Notes under the pieces: model-generated
The model's database searches: none
Told to the model about the DNA's origin: nothing
Seen by the model: only the letters and a program-made list of their open reading frames with translations
Translations under genes and position numbers: made by a program
DNA from: an uncultured Nitrososphaerota archaeon
GTDB taxonomy: Archaea; Korarchaeota; Korarchaeia; Korarchaeales; Korarchaeaceae
Direction: 5' to 3'
Assembly (NCBI GenBank): GCA_964594835.1
Contig: CAZQNA010000008.1
Location: forward strand, 64,432 to 101,848
DNA length: 37,417 nt
In this document: piece after piece, positions 1 through 8,217 of the stretch
Layout of the letters: every line of letters begins with the position of its first letter
Position numbering within the stretch: position 1 is the stretch's first letter

Positions 1-66
1 CCCCCGCAGGGAGATGAGCTCGGGTAGGGGAGGCTTCTCCACCTTGGGAAGACCAGGGAAGTGCAT
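1..66 (-). CDS. 5' part of a gene running off the left edge (MHFPGLPKVEKPPLPELISLRG...), possibly a short-chain dehydrogenase/reductase
   Basis: ATG at 66, frame open to position 1; TTATAA at 98-103 upstream; 'LPELISLRG' resembles SDR N-termini. Only 22 codons visible. Confidence 0.35.
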   Translation of the reverse strand, partial: MHFPGLPKVEKPPLPELISLRG

Positions 67-197
67 CTCCGTCTCTGGCCCACATGCCCGGCCGTCGTTA
101 TAACCCGGGTTCGGCCGACGGGACCGACGGCATCGAATCGGGCCGGAGTTCGCGCGGCGGGGGCCATGTTATTATCCACCCGGGCGGCCGAGGCTCT

Positions 198-1328
198 ATG
201 CGGGGGTTCGACCCCCGGGCGTTCGCCGAGGGGGCTGTCGCCGAGATAAGGCGGGTCGTTCACGGGAGGGCCCTCGCCGCCGTCTCGGGAGGGGTCGACA
301 GCGCGACGGCAGCCGCCCTGGCCAAGGCGGCCCTCGGGGACGAGCTGGACGCCGTGGTGATCGACACAGGCTTCCTAAGGGAGGGGGAGGCGGCCCGGGT
401 AGCCGAGACCCTCCGGGACCTGCTGGCCCCCGAGGTCCTCGACCGCTCGCGCGACTTCCTCGACGCGGTCAGGGGGCTGTCTGATCCTGAGGAGAAGAGG
501 AGGGCGTTCAGGGAGGTGTTCTACTCCACGCTGGCCGAGGCCGCCCGGGAGAGGGGGGCCACCTGGCTGGTGCAGGGGACCATAGCGCCGGACATCATAG
601 AGACCGTGGGCGGGATAAAGACCCAGCACAACGTTCTGGAGCAGGCAGGGATCAGGGCCCTGGAGAGGTACGGTTTCAGAGTGCTGGAGCCCCTGGTCGA
701 ACTCTACAAGGACCAGGTGAGGGCCCTGGCCGAGCACCTCGGCATCCCAGAGGAGATAAGGCTCAGGCAGCCGTTCCCCGGGCCCGGGCTCCTGATAAGG
801 TGCCTTGGGGAGTGCACCAGGGAGAAGCTGGAGCTGGTGAGGGCGGCCACGCCCGCGGTGGAGGAGGCGCTGCTGGGCCTCGGGGCCTCCCAGGTCCTCG
901 CCGCAGTGTTCGAGGACTCCTGGAGGGAGAGGCCCGACCTCGCCGGGGCGGCGGGGGTGGGGTGGGTCAGGGAGCTGGGGGCCAGGGCCACGGGGGTCAA
1001 GGGGGATCAGAGGAGGTACGGGGCGATGCTGGCCGTCCCCGCGGAGGCCTACCGGGACTCGGGGAGAGTCAGGCGGTCGCTCATCCGGTCCGAGCCGGGG
1101 GCCGTCAGGGTCCTGGTCGAGGTTGCCAGGGGCCGCGAGGGCGGCCTGGCCGTTGCGGTCAGGGCAGTGAGGACCGAGGACTTCATGACGGCCTCTCCCG
1201 TCCTGCCTCCAGCGGGGCTGCTCGAGGGGCTCGCGGAGACCCTCTTGGATTCGCTGGCGCCGAGGGGCTGCTCGGCCGTCTACTACGACATCACCCCGAA
1301 GCCCCCCGCCACGATAGAGTTCGAGTAG
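198..1328 (+). CDS. guaAB: GMP synthase, ATP pyrophosphatase subunit (B)
   Basis: PP-loop SGGVDS, QGTIAPD, IKTQHNV, RQPFPGPGL, C-terminal YDITPKPPATIEFE. Start moved to ATG 198, downstream of TTATTAT at 169-175. Confidence 0.95.
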   Translation: MRGFDPRAFAEGAVAEIRRVVHGRALAAVSGGVDSATAAALAKAALGDELDAVVIDTGFLREGEAARVAETLRDLLAPEVLDRSRDFLDAVRGLSDPEEKRRAFREVFYSTLAEAARERGATWLVQGTIAPDIIETVGGIKTQHNVLEQAGIRALERYGFRVLEPLVELYKDQVRALAEHLGIPEEIRLRQPFPGPGLLIRCLGECTREKLELVRAATPAVEEALLGLGASQVLAAVFEDSWRERPDLAGAAGVGWVRELGARATGVKGDQRRYGAMLAVPAEAYRDSGRVRRSLIRSEPGAVRVLVEVARGREGGLAVAVRAVRTEDFMTASPVLPPAGLLEGLAETLLDSLAPRGCSAVYYDITPKPPATIEFE

Positions 1329-1356
1329 GGGCAGGGTAGGTGGGGGGGCGGGGTCG

Positions 1357-1917
1357 GTGAGGGTCGCGGTCGTGTTCTTCGGCGGTCAGTACAACCACCT
1401 GATCCTCAGGAGGCTCCTCGAGCTGGGGGCCGACGCGTTCTCGACGGGCCCCGACGTCCCGGTCGACGAGCTGGACGCCGACGCCCTGGTCCTCGGAGGG
1501 GGGCCCCAGAGCATCCCGTCCGACCTCCCAAAGATGGGGAGGGCCCCGGAGTACGTGACGGCCGGGATCCCCGTCCTGGGGATTTGCCTGTCCCACCAGC
1601 TGATAGCCCACGTCCTCGGCGGGCGGGTCGGCCCCTCCCGGTCCCCGGAGTTCGGGGAGGTCCTAGTGGAGGTCAGGTCGGACTCGACCCTCTTCGACGG
1701 GGTTCCGAGGAGGTTCTGGGCCTGGGAGTCCCACAACGACGAGGTGATCGAGCCGCCCGACGGCGCGGAGGTGACGGCCTCCAGCGAGTCCTGCAGGGTC
1801 CAGGCGCTGGAGGTCCCGGGGCGCCTGGTGTTCGGGGTCCAGTTCCACCCCGAGGTGACCCACACCGAGCACGGGGCCCGGATCCTGGGGAACTTCCTCA
1901 GGGCCGCCAGGAGGTGA
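1357..1917 (+). CDS. guaAA: GMP synthase, glutamine amidotransferase subunit (A)
   Basis: FGGQYNHLI, PVLGICLSHQ (catalytic Cys), SHNDEV, GVQFHPEV; adjacent to guaAB. Confidence 0.95.
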   Translation: MRVAVVFFGGQYNHLILRRLLELGADAFSTGPDVPVDELDADALVLGGGPQSIPSDLPKMGRAPEYVTAGIPVLGICLSHQLIAHVLGGRVGPSRSPEFGEVLVEVRSDSTLFDGVPRRFWAWESHNDEVIEPPDGAEVTASSESCRVQALEVPGRLVFGVQFHPEVTHTEHGARILGNFLRAARR

Positions 1918-1941
1918 CCTCAAAAAAGCGGGGGGCGGGGG

Positions 1942-3411
1942 TCAGGTCCAGCCCCTCTCCAGGGCCCACTCTATCGGCCTGACGTCGTGGGGCGCTATCT
2001 CCCTCAGCCCGCTCTGGGTCACGGCGGCGAACCTGGCCACCCTCCACAGCTCCGGTATGCTCGTGGCGCCAGCGTAGCCCATCGCCGCCCGCAGACCGGC
2101 GGCCAGCTTCCTCACGACCGTCTCCAGGTCCCCCCTGTAGGGGACCAGGCCCTCTATACCCTCGGCTATCTCCTTGGAGGGCCTGGAGTACCTGTCGAGG
2201 GCGTACCTCCGCCTCCTGGCGGAGGGGCTCCCCATCCCCCGGTAGACCTTGTACATCCTCCCCCCCAGGATCACGGGCTGTCCCGGCGCCTCCCTGGTCC
2301 CCGCCAGGGCGTAGCCCAGCATCACGGCCGACGCCCCGGCGGCCAGGGCCTTGGCGGCCTCCCCCGGTCCCCTTATGCCGCCGTCCGCTATCACCGCTAC
2401 CCCGCCGCCGTGCTCCGCCACGGCGTCGGCGGCCTGGGCCACGGCGAAGAGCGTGGGCGCGGCCACGCCCGTGACCTCCCCCGTCGTGCAGATGCTCCCG
2501 GAGCCCACGCCCACCCTCAGCGCCCTGACCCCCTCCACCCTGGTGATCGCCTCCACGGCCGCCTCCCTCGTCCCGACGTTCCCGACGACCAGCTCGGCGG
2601 AGACCTCCCTCGCCATCCTGGCCGTCGCCGACATGACGTTCTCGTTGTGGAAGTGGGCCACGTCGATGACCAGGAGGTCCACCCACGGGTCCAGCGCCCT
2701 GGCCCTCTCCAGGTCGAAGGGGGACACCGCGGCCGCCACCCTCAGCCTGCCCTCCCGGTCCCTCGTCGAGTTCGGCCTGCTCTCCATGGCCGCAACGTCC
2801 CTCGCCGTTATCAGCCCGAGGAGCCTGCCCTCGGAGTCCACCACCGGGAGCTTCTCCACCCTGTGCTCCCACATTACCTCCCTGGCCCTCTCCAGGGTCA
2901 CGTCGGGGCCCACGGTCACCGGGTCCCTGGTCATCACCTCGCGCACCCTGGCCCCGTCGTCGGGCGCGAAGGAAACGTCCCTCCTCGTCACTATCCCCAG
3001 GAGCCTCCCCGACTCGACGACCGGGAGGCCCGAGATCCCCCTGGACTCCATGACCTCCCTCGCCTCGGCCACGGTCGCGTCGGGGCCCACGGTCACCACG
3101 CTCGTGATGATGAAGCTCTCCGCCCTCTTGACGGCCCGTGCCATGGAGACCTGCTCCTCCAGGCTGCAGTTCCTGTGGAGGACCCCCAGCCCCCCGAGCC
3201 GGGCCATCCCGACGGCCATGTCAACCTCTGTCACGGTGTCCATTGGGGAGGAGAGCATCGGAAGGCTGAGCCGGACCTCGGGGGTGAGCCTCGTGGAGAT
3301 GTCCACCTCGGAGGGCTCTACCCTCGCCTTCCCCGGGAGGAGGATGAAGTCCCCGAAGGTCGCGGCCAGGGGCGCCGAGGACAGCCTCTCGAAGAATCCG
3401 AAGGGGCCCAT
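1942..3411 (-). CDS. guaB: IMP dehydrogenase with tandem CBS domains
   Basis: SSPMDTVTE, GVGSGSICTT (catalytic Cys), IADGGI, YRGMGS, AEGIEG; CBS pair in the middle. Confidence 0.95.
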   Translation of the reverse strand: MGPFGFFERLSSAPLAATFGDFILLPGKARVEPSEVDISTRLTPEVRLSLPMLSSPMDTVTEVDMAVGMARLGGLGVLHRNCSLEEQVSMARAVKRAESFIITSVVTVGPDATVAEAREVMESRGISGLPVVESGRLLGIVTRRDVSFAPDDGARVREVMTRDPVTVGPDVTLERAREVMWEHRVEKLPVVDSEGRLLGLITARDVAAMESRPNSTRDREGRLRVAAAVSPFDLERARALDPWVDLLVIDVAHFHNENVMSATARMAREVSAELVVGNVGTREAAVEAITRVEGVRALRVGVGSGSICTTGEVTGVAAPTLFAVAQAADAVAEHGGGVAVIADGGIRGPGEAAKALAAGASAVMLGYALAGTREAPGQPVILGGRMYKVYRGMGSPSARRRRYALDRYSRPSKEIAEGIEGLVPYRGDLETVVRKLAAGLRAAMGYAGATSIPELWRVARFAAVTQSGLREIAPHDVRPIEWALERGWT

Positions 3412-3486
3412 TACAGCAGCGCCTCTGATCAGCTCATAAAGGCTCCCGCCCCCGCTTCTCCTCCGTCGGGGTCAGAATCAGGGGGG

Positions 3487-3563
3487 TGGCGCCCGGGCCG
3501 GGATTTGAACCCGGGTCTGGAGCTCGACAGGCTCCTATGCTGGCCTGGCTACACCACCCGGGC
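3487..3563 (-). tRNA. tRNA-Asp(GTC), CCA encoded, no intron
   Basis: Reverse complement GCCCGGGTGGTGTAGCCAGGCCAGCATAGGAGCCTGTCGAGCTCCAGACCCGGGTTCAAATCCCGGCCCGGGCGCCA folds as a cloverleaf; anticodon arm GGAGC-CTGTCGA-GCTCC. Confidence 0.97.
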
Positions 3564-3589
3564 ACCGCGAGGACCGCCGGGCTGGCCGG

Positions 3590-3601
3590 AATATAAATTT
3601 A
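3590..3601. promoter_or_regulatory. AT-rich TATA region shared by divergent tRNA-Asp and PUA gene
   Basis: AATATAAATTTA in a GC-rich context, about 25-30 nt from both gene starts. Confidence 0.6.
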
Positions 3602-3623
3602 GCCCGCCCGGCCGAGGGCGGGG

Positions 3624-4142
3624 ATGCCGGCGAAGCCCAAGAGGTACTTCATATCCTCCAGGGAGAGCAGGGAGTTGGTGGGCTCCCTCCTGGAGCGCCA
3701 CCCCGAGCTGTCCCCCCTGTTCCCCAGGCTCAAGGTCTCCCTGGAGGCAGTCGAGTACGAGACCGGGAAGGGGACGGAGAGGGTCCTCCTCTACGAGGGC
3801 AGGCCCGTGCTGGTCCAGAAGGCCACCGGGGAGGTAGTCCCCTTCGTGGGGGCGGTCAGGTCCCCGGGGCTCAGGATCAAGCGGGTCGTGGTCGACCAGG
3901 GGGCGGTGAGGTTCATCCTGAACGGGGCGGACGTGATGGGCCCCGGGATCGTGGACGTTGACGGGGACGTGGGGGAGGGGGACCTGGTGGTCGTGGTGGA
4001 CGAGAGGTACGGGGCCCCCCTCGCCGTTGGATACGCCCTGAGGTCTGCTTCCGATATGAGGGAGAGGGGGAAAAGCGTCAAAAACGTCCATCACGCTAAG
4101 GACAGGGCCACCGAGGTGATCCGGGAACTCCTGGGAGGATGA
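3624..4142 (+). CDS. PUA-domain RNA-binding protein (pre-PUA/PUA, Tma20/MCT-1-like)
   Basis: VVVDQGAVRFILNGADVMGPGI...GDLVVVVDE...GKSVKNVHHAKD PUA signature. Confidence 0.9.
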   Translation: MPAKPKRYFISSRESRELVGSLLERHPELSPLFPRLKVSLEAVEYETGKGTERVLLYEGRPVLVQKATGEVVPFVGAVRSPGLRIKRVVVDQGAVRFILNGADVMGPGIVDVDGDVGEGDLVVVVDERYGAPLAVGYALRSASDMRERGKSVKNVHHAKDRATEVIRELLGG

Positions 4143-4203
4143 GCTCCGGCATGGAAAAGATTTTACCCATGTGGCGCGCACGCCCGTGAGGAGGTCGCGG
4201 GCG

Positions 4204-5580
4204 TTGGAATCGGTAAGGGCCCTGGACGCGCTGTTCAGGCCTTCATCGGTCGCGGTGATCGGGGCCTCCCGGACCCCGGGCAAGATCGGCCACGAGATCC
4301 TCAAGAACCTGATTGAGTACGGCTACCGGGGGAGGATCTATCCCGTCAACCCGAAGGCCGACGAGATAATGGGGCTGAAGTGCTACCACTCCGTCTCGGA
4401 GATCCCCGGGGAAGTGGACCTCGGGGTGGTCTCCATACCCGCCAGGTACGTGCTCAACGCCATAGACGAGCTGGGTGAGAAGGGGGCGAGGGCCGCTGCC
4501 GTCATCTCGAGCGGCTTCTCGGAGGTGGGCGAGAGGGAGCTGGAGGAGGAGCTGGTGAGGAGGGCCAGGGAGAGGGGCATGAGGGTCCTGGGCCCCAACA
4601 TATTCGGGGTCGTCTACACCCCGGCGAGGCTCAACGCCACCTTCGGGCCGACCCAGGTCCTCCCGGGCTCCATAGCCTTCATCACCCAGTCCGGGGCCCT
4701 CGGCATCGCCCTGATGGGGTGGACGATCACCGAGAGGATAGGCCTCTCCGCCGTCGTCAGCGTGGGGAACAAGTCGGACGTTGAGGACTCGGACCTCCTC
4801 CTCTGGCTGGCAGAGGACGAGGACACGGACGTGATCCTGATCTACATGGAGGGGGTCAAGGAGGGCCGGAGGTTCATGGAGGTGGCCAGGGAGGTCACCC
4901 CGAGGAAGCCCGTGATCATCCTGAAGGCTGGGAGGAGCAGGAGGGGCAGCATGGCGGCCTCCTCCCACACGGGCTCCCTCGCCGGCATGGACGCCGTTTA
5001 CGAGTCGGTCTTCAGGCAGACAGGGGTGCTCAGGGCCTACAGCGTCGAGCAGGCCTTCGACTGGGCCAGGGCCTTTGCCTCCAAGAGGGCGCCAAGGGGC
5101 ACCAGGACGGTCATAGTCACAAACGGCGGCGGGGCCGGCGTCCTGGCCACCGACGCCGCCGAGCTGGCCGGGCTGGATCTGATAGATCCCCCCGAGGACC
5201 TCAAGGAGACCTTCAGGTCCTACATGCCCCCGTTCGGGAGCCCCAAGAATCCGGTGGATCTCACCGGCCAGGCCGCCGAGCCGGAGTTCGAGGGGGCCGT
5301 GAGGGCGGCCCTGGAGCACGACTCCGTGGACAACGTGATCGTGCTCTACTGCGAGACGGCCGTCACCGACCCGGAGGGGATCGCGAGGTCGGTCCTGAGG
5401 GCCGCAGAGGGGACGGACAAGCCGATCTCCGTCATGCTCATGGGAGGGGAGAGGTCCGAGAGGGCGGCCGACCTCCTGAACTCCCGGGGGATACCCGCCT
5501 TCCCGACCCCGGAGAGGGCGGTCGGGGCCGCGGCCGCCATGGTCGAGTGGTGGAGGAGGACGCGCTCTCTCCGAGAATGA
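4204..5580 (+). CDS. acdA: Acetate/acyl-CoA ligase (ADP-forming), alpha subunit
   Basis: SVAVIGAS, YPVNP, GFSE, LGPN, QSGALG, SHTGSLAG (phospho-His), NPVDL. Start placed at TTG 4204 after GAGGAGG (alternative 4171). Confidence 0.9.
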   Translation: MESVRALDALFRPSSVAVIGASRTPGKIGHEILKNLIEYGYRGRIYPVNPKADEIMGLKCYHSVSEIPGEVDLGVVSIPARYVLNAIDELGEKGARAAAVISSGFSEVGERELEEELVRRARERGMRVLGPNIFGVVYTPARLNATFGPTQVLPGSIAFITQSGALGIALMGWTITERIGLSAVVSVGNKSDVEDSDLLLWLAEDEDTDVILIYMEGVKEGRRFMEVAREVTPRKPVIILKAGRSRRGSMAASSHTGSLAGMDAVYESVFRQTGVLRAYSVEQAFDWARAFASKRAPRGTRTVIVTNGGGAGVLATDAAELAGLDLIDPPEDLKETFRSYMPPFGSPKNPVDLTGQAAEPEFEGAVRAALEHDSVDNVIVLYCETAVTDPEGIARSVLRAAEGTDKPISVMLMGGERSERAADLLNSRGIPAFPTPERAVGAAAAMVEWWRRTRSLRE

Positions 5581-5659
5581 GCCCGGAAGGTGGGTGGTAC
5601 GGGCCGAGTGGCCCCGTCGCCGCCCGCCCGGCCCCGCGGCCCGCCGCCGGCAATCGCTC

Positions 5660-5675
5660 AAAGTTTAAACAAAAT
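5660..5675 (+). promoter_or_regulatory. BRE/TATA promoter of iorAB
   Basis: AAAGTTTAAACAAAAT about 35-40 nt upstream of ATG 5706. Confidence 0.55.
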
Positions 5676-5705
5676 AGCCCCCAGCCCCTCAGGGGAGCTG
5701 ATAGC

Positions 5706-7601
5706 ATGCCAAGGGCGGTTCTCTCCCCCCCTGGTTCGATCGTGCCGCTTCTCGGGAACGAGGCAATTGCCAGGGGGGCGATAGAGGCAGGTCTGGACGT
5801 GGCTGCCGCCTATCCCGGGACCCCCAGCACCGAGATCGGTGAGACCCTGGCGGAGGCCGCCAGGGAGGTGGGGTTCCACTTCGAGTGGGCGACCAACGAG
5901 AAGGTCGCCTCAGAGGTTGCGATAGGCGCCGCGTGGTCCGGGCTCAGGGCCATGTGCTTCATGAAGCACGTTGGCGTGAACGTGGCCGCCGACGCGCTCT
6001 TCACGCTGACCTACGCCGGCACGATAGGGGGGCTCGTGGTCGTGAGCGCGGACGACCCCCACGCCCACAGCAGCCAGAACGAGCAGGACAACAGGCACTA
6101 CGCCGTGGCCATGGGCCTTCCGATGCTCGAGCCCTCCACGCCCCAGGAGGCCAAGGACCTGGTCTACAGGGCCTTCGACCTCTCGGAGAGGTACGCCATG
6201 CCCTTCCTGGTGCGGTCCACCACCAGGATAAGCCACACCAGGGCGCCCGTGAGGCTGGGGGAGATCAGGGAGAGGAGGGGGAAGGGCAAGTTCAGGCCTC
6301 CCGAGCCCGACAGGTACGTGCAGGTGGGCGCGATAGCGAGGAAGCACCACAGGGAGTTCCTGGAGAAGCTGAGCAGGATTGAGAGGGAGCTGGCCCCGGA
6401 GCTGGCGGAGGTCAGGGGCGGGGGCGGGGACCTGGGGATAATCACATCAGGGGTGGCCTACACCTACGTCCTCGAGGCGGCCAGGGCCATGGGGCTGGAC
6501 GTCCCCATCCTCAAGCTGACCATGACCAACCCCCTGCCGGCGGAGAGGATCGGGGAGTTCCTCAGGGGAGTCAGGAGGGCCCTGGTGGTGGAGGAGCTCG
6601 ACCCCTACCTGGAGGAGAGGGTCAAGGCGATAGCCAAGGACCGCGCGCCCGACGTTGAGATCCTCGGCAAGGCCCAGGGGCTCCTGCCGAGGGTCGGGGA
6701 GCTGAACATCAGGCTGGTCGTGGGGGCCCTCTCGAAGGTTACGGGCAAGCCGTCGCCGATCGACTTCTCGACCCTGGAGGAGAGGGCCAAGCCGGCGCTG
6801 GAGCTGGCCGTGAACAGGTCCCCCGTGATGTGCCCGGCCTGCCCGCACAGGGCCTCCGGCTACGTGATAAGGCGCGCCGCCGGAACTGCGGTCTACCTGA
6901 ACGACATAGGCTGCTACGCCCTGCTGTTCCAGAGGCCGTTCAACCTGGGGGACGTGACCCACGCCATGGGCTCCGGGGTTGGCTTCGCAAACGGCATCAG
7001 CCTAGCCACGGACCAGAAGACCGTCGCCCTGATAGGGGACTCCACGTTCTTCCACGCCGGTATCCCGGCGCTGATCAACGCGGTGCACCACAAGAGGAAG
7101 TTCCTCCTGGTGGTGCTCGACAACAGGATAACGGCCATGACCGGCCACCAGCCGCACCCAGGGGTGCCCGTCTCGGCCACGGGCGAGGAGGTCCCGGCCC
7201 TCGACATAGAGAAGGTGGTCAGGGGCCTGGGCGTGGAGCACGTTCAGATCGTCGACCCCTTCGACTTCAAGGCCGCCGAGAAGGCGGTAAGGGAGGCCAT
7301 GAAGCACGACGGCGTCTCGGTCGTGATAATGCGCAGGGAGTGCGCCCTGCTCACGGTGAGGAGGCTGAGGAGGGAGGGCGTCAAGATCGTCCCCTACCGC
7401 GTCGACCCCGAGAAGTGCACCTACTGCAGGGTCTGCATCAACACCTTCGCGTGCCCGGCCTTCGTGGACACGGGCAAGATCGTCGAGATAGACCCGACCG
7501 TCTGCTTCGGCTGCGGCTCCTGCGTCGACGTGTGCCCGTACGGGGCGATAGAGCCCATGGAGGGCTCCCTGGATTGGAGGGGTGAGAAGATTGGCGTCTG
7601 A
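5706..7601 (+). CDS. iorA: Indolepyruvate:ferredoxin oxidoreductase, alpha subunit
   Basis: LLGNEAIARGA, YPGTPSTEI, MKHVGVNVAAD, SSQNEQDNR, CPACPHR, TPP motif GDSTFFHAG, C-terminal 2x[4Fe-4S]. Confidence 0.95.
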   Translation: MPRAVLSPPGSIVPLLGNEAIARGAIEAGLDVAAAYPGTPSTEIGETLAEAAREVGFHFEWATNEKVASEVAIGAAWSGLRAMCFMKHVGVNVAADALFTLTYAGTIGGLVVVSADDPHAHSSQNEQDNRHYAVAMGLPMLEPSTPQEAKDLVYRAFDLSERYAMPFLVRSTTRISHTRAPVRLGEIRERRGKGKFRPPEPDRYVQVGAIARKHHREFLEKLSRIERELAPELAEVRGGGGDLGIITSGVAYTYVLEAARAMGLDVPILKLTMTNPLPAERIGEFLRGVRRALVVEELDPYLEERVKAIAKDRAPDVEILGKAQGLLPRVGELNIRLVVGALSKVTGKPSPIDFSTLEERAKPALELAVNRSPVMCPACPHRASGYVIRRAAGTAVYLNDIGCYALLFQRPFNLGDVTHAMGSGVGFANGISLATDQKTVALIGDSTFFHAGIPALINAVHHKRKFLLVVLDNRITAMTGHQPHPGVPVSATGEEVPALDIEKVVRGLGVEHVQIVDPFDFKAAEKAVREAMKHDGVSVVIMRRECALLTVRRLRREGVKIVPYRVDPEKCTYCRVCINTFACPAFVDTGKIVEIDPTVCFGCGSCVDVCPYGAIEPMEGSLDWRGEKIGV

Positions 7602-8202
7602 CGTGTCCGAGTTCAACGTCATAATAGCCGGCGTCGGGGGGCAGGGCATCCTGTTCTCCAGCCGGGTGATCACCCGCGCCGCCTTGGACTCCGGCCTGAA
7701 CTTCGTGCAGAGCGAGGTCCACGGCCTGGCCCAGAGGTACGGCTCCATCAAGACCGAGATAAGGATCGGGAGGGACGTGGTGAGCCCCCTGATAATGGAG
7801 GGGACCCTCGACCTCCTGGTGGCCATGGAGCCGATAGAGGCGCTGAGGTACGCGGGCTACATAACCGACAGGACCTCAATAGTCATGAACACACACCTTG
7901 TGGCTCCCATAGGCGCCTACCTCGAGAGGAAGAGGATCCCAACCGTGGACGAGATCCTGGAGGCCCTCAGGTCCCTCGGGCCCAGGAGGCTGGAGGCCCT
8001 CAACGCCGTGGAGGTGGCCGAGAGGGCCGGGGACATAGTAGTGACGAACTCGGTCCTCCTCGGGGCGGTCGACGCCCTCAGCGTGCTCCCGTTCCCGGAG
8101 GGGGCGCTCAGGAGGGCCCTGGAGAGGGAGGCGCCCGAGAGGTACCGGGACCTGAACCTGAGGGCCTTCGACATGGGGAGGGAAGAGGTTCTAAAGGGGT
8201 GA
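7591..8202 (+). CDS. iorB: Indolepyruvate:ferredoxin oxidoreductase, beta subunit
   Basis: AGVGGQG, SEVHGLAQRYGS, MEPIEALR, NLRAF; overlaps the end of iorA; TTG after GGGTGAG. Confidence 0.92.
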   Translation: MASDVSEFNVIIAGVGGQGILFSSRVITRAALDSGLNFVQSEVHGLAQRYGSIKTEIRIGRDVVSPLIMEGTLDLLVAMEPIEALRYAGYITDRTSIVMNTHLVAPIGAYLERKRIPTVDEILEALRSLGPRRLEALNAVEVAERAGDIVVTNSVLLGAVDALSVLPFPEGALRRALEREAPERYRDLNLRAFDMGREEVLKG

Positions 8203-8217
8203 GCCGCCCCCGGAGCG

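Noticed and set aside
3496-3515. 20-nt repeat GGCCGGGATTTGAACCCGGG shared with 18952-18971, as a possible att site
   Set aside because: It is the conserved T-arm of two complete tRNA genes, with housekeeping genes between them.
1987-3837. 616-aa plus-strand ORF and other long alternative-frame ORFs (e.g. 8191-9849, 8397-10031, 4243-5661, 20956-22191, 22521-23741)
   Set aside because: Shadow frames of well-supported genes in GC-rich DNA; Pro/Gly/Arg-rich with no motifs; the first also runs through a tRNA.
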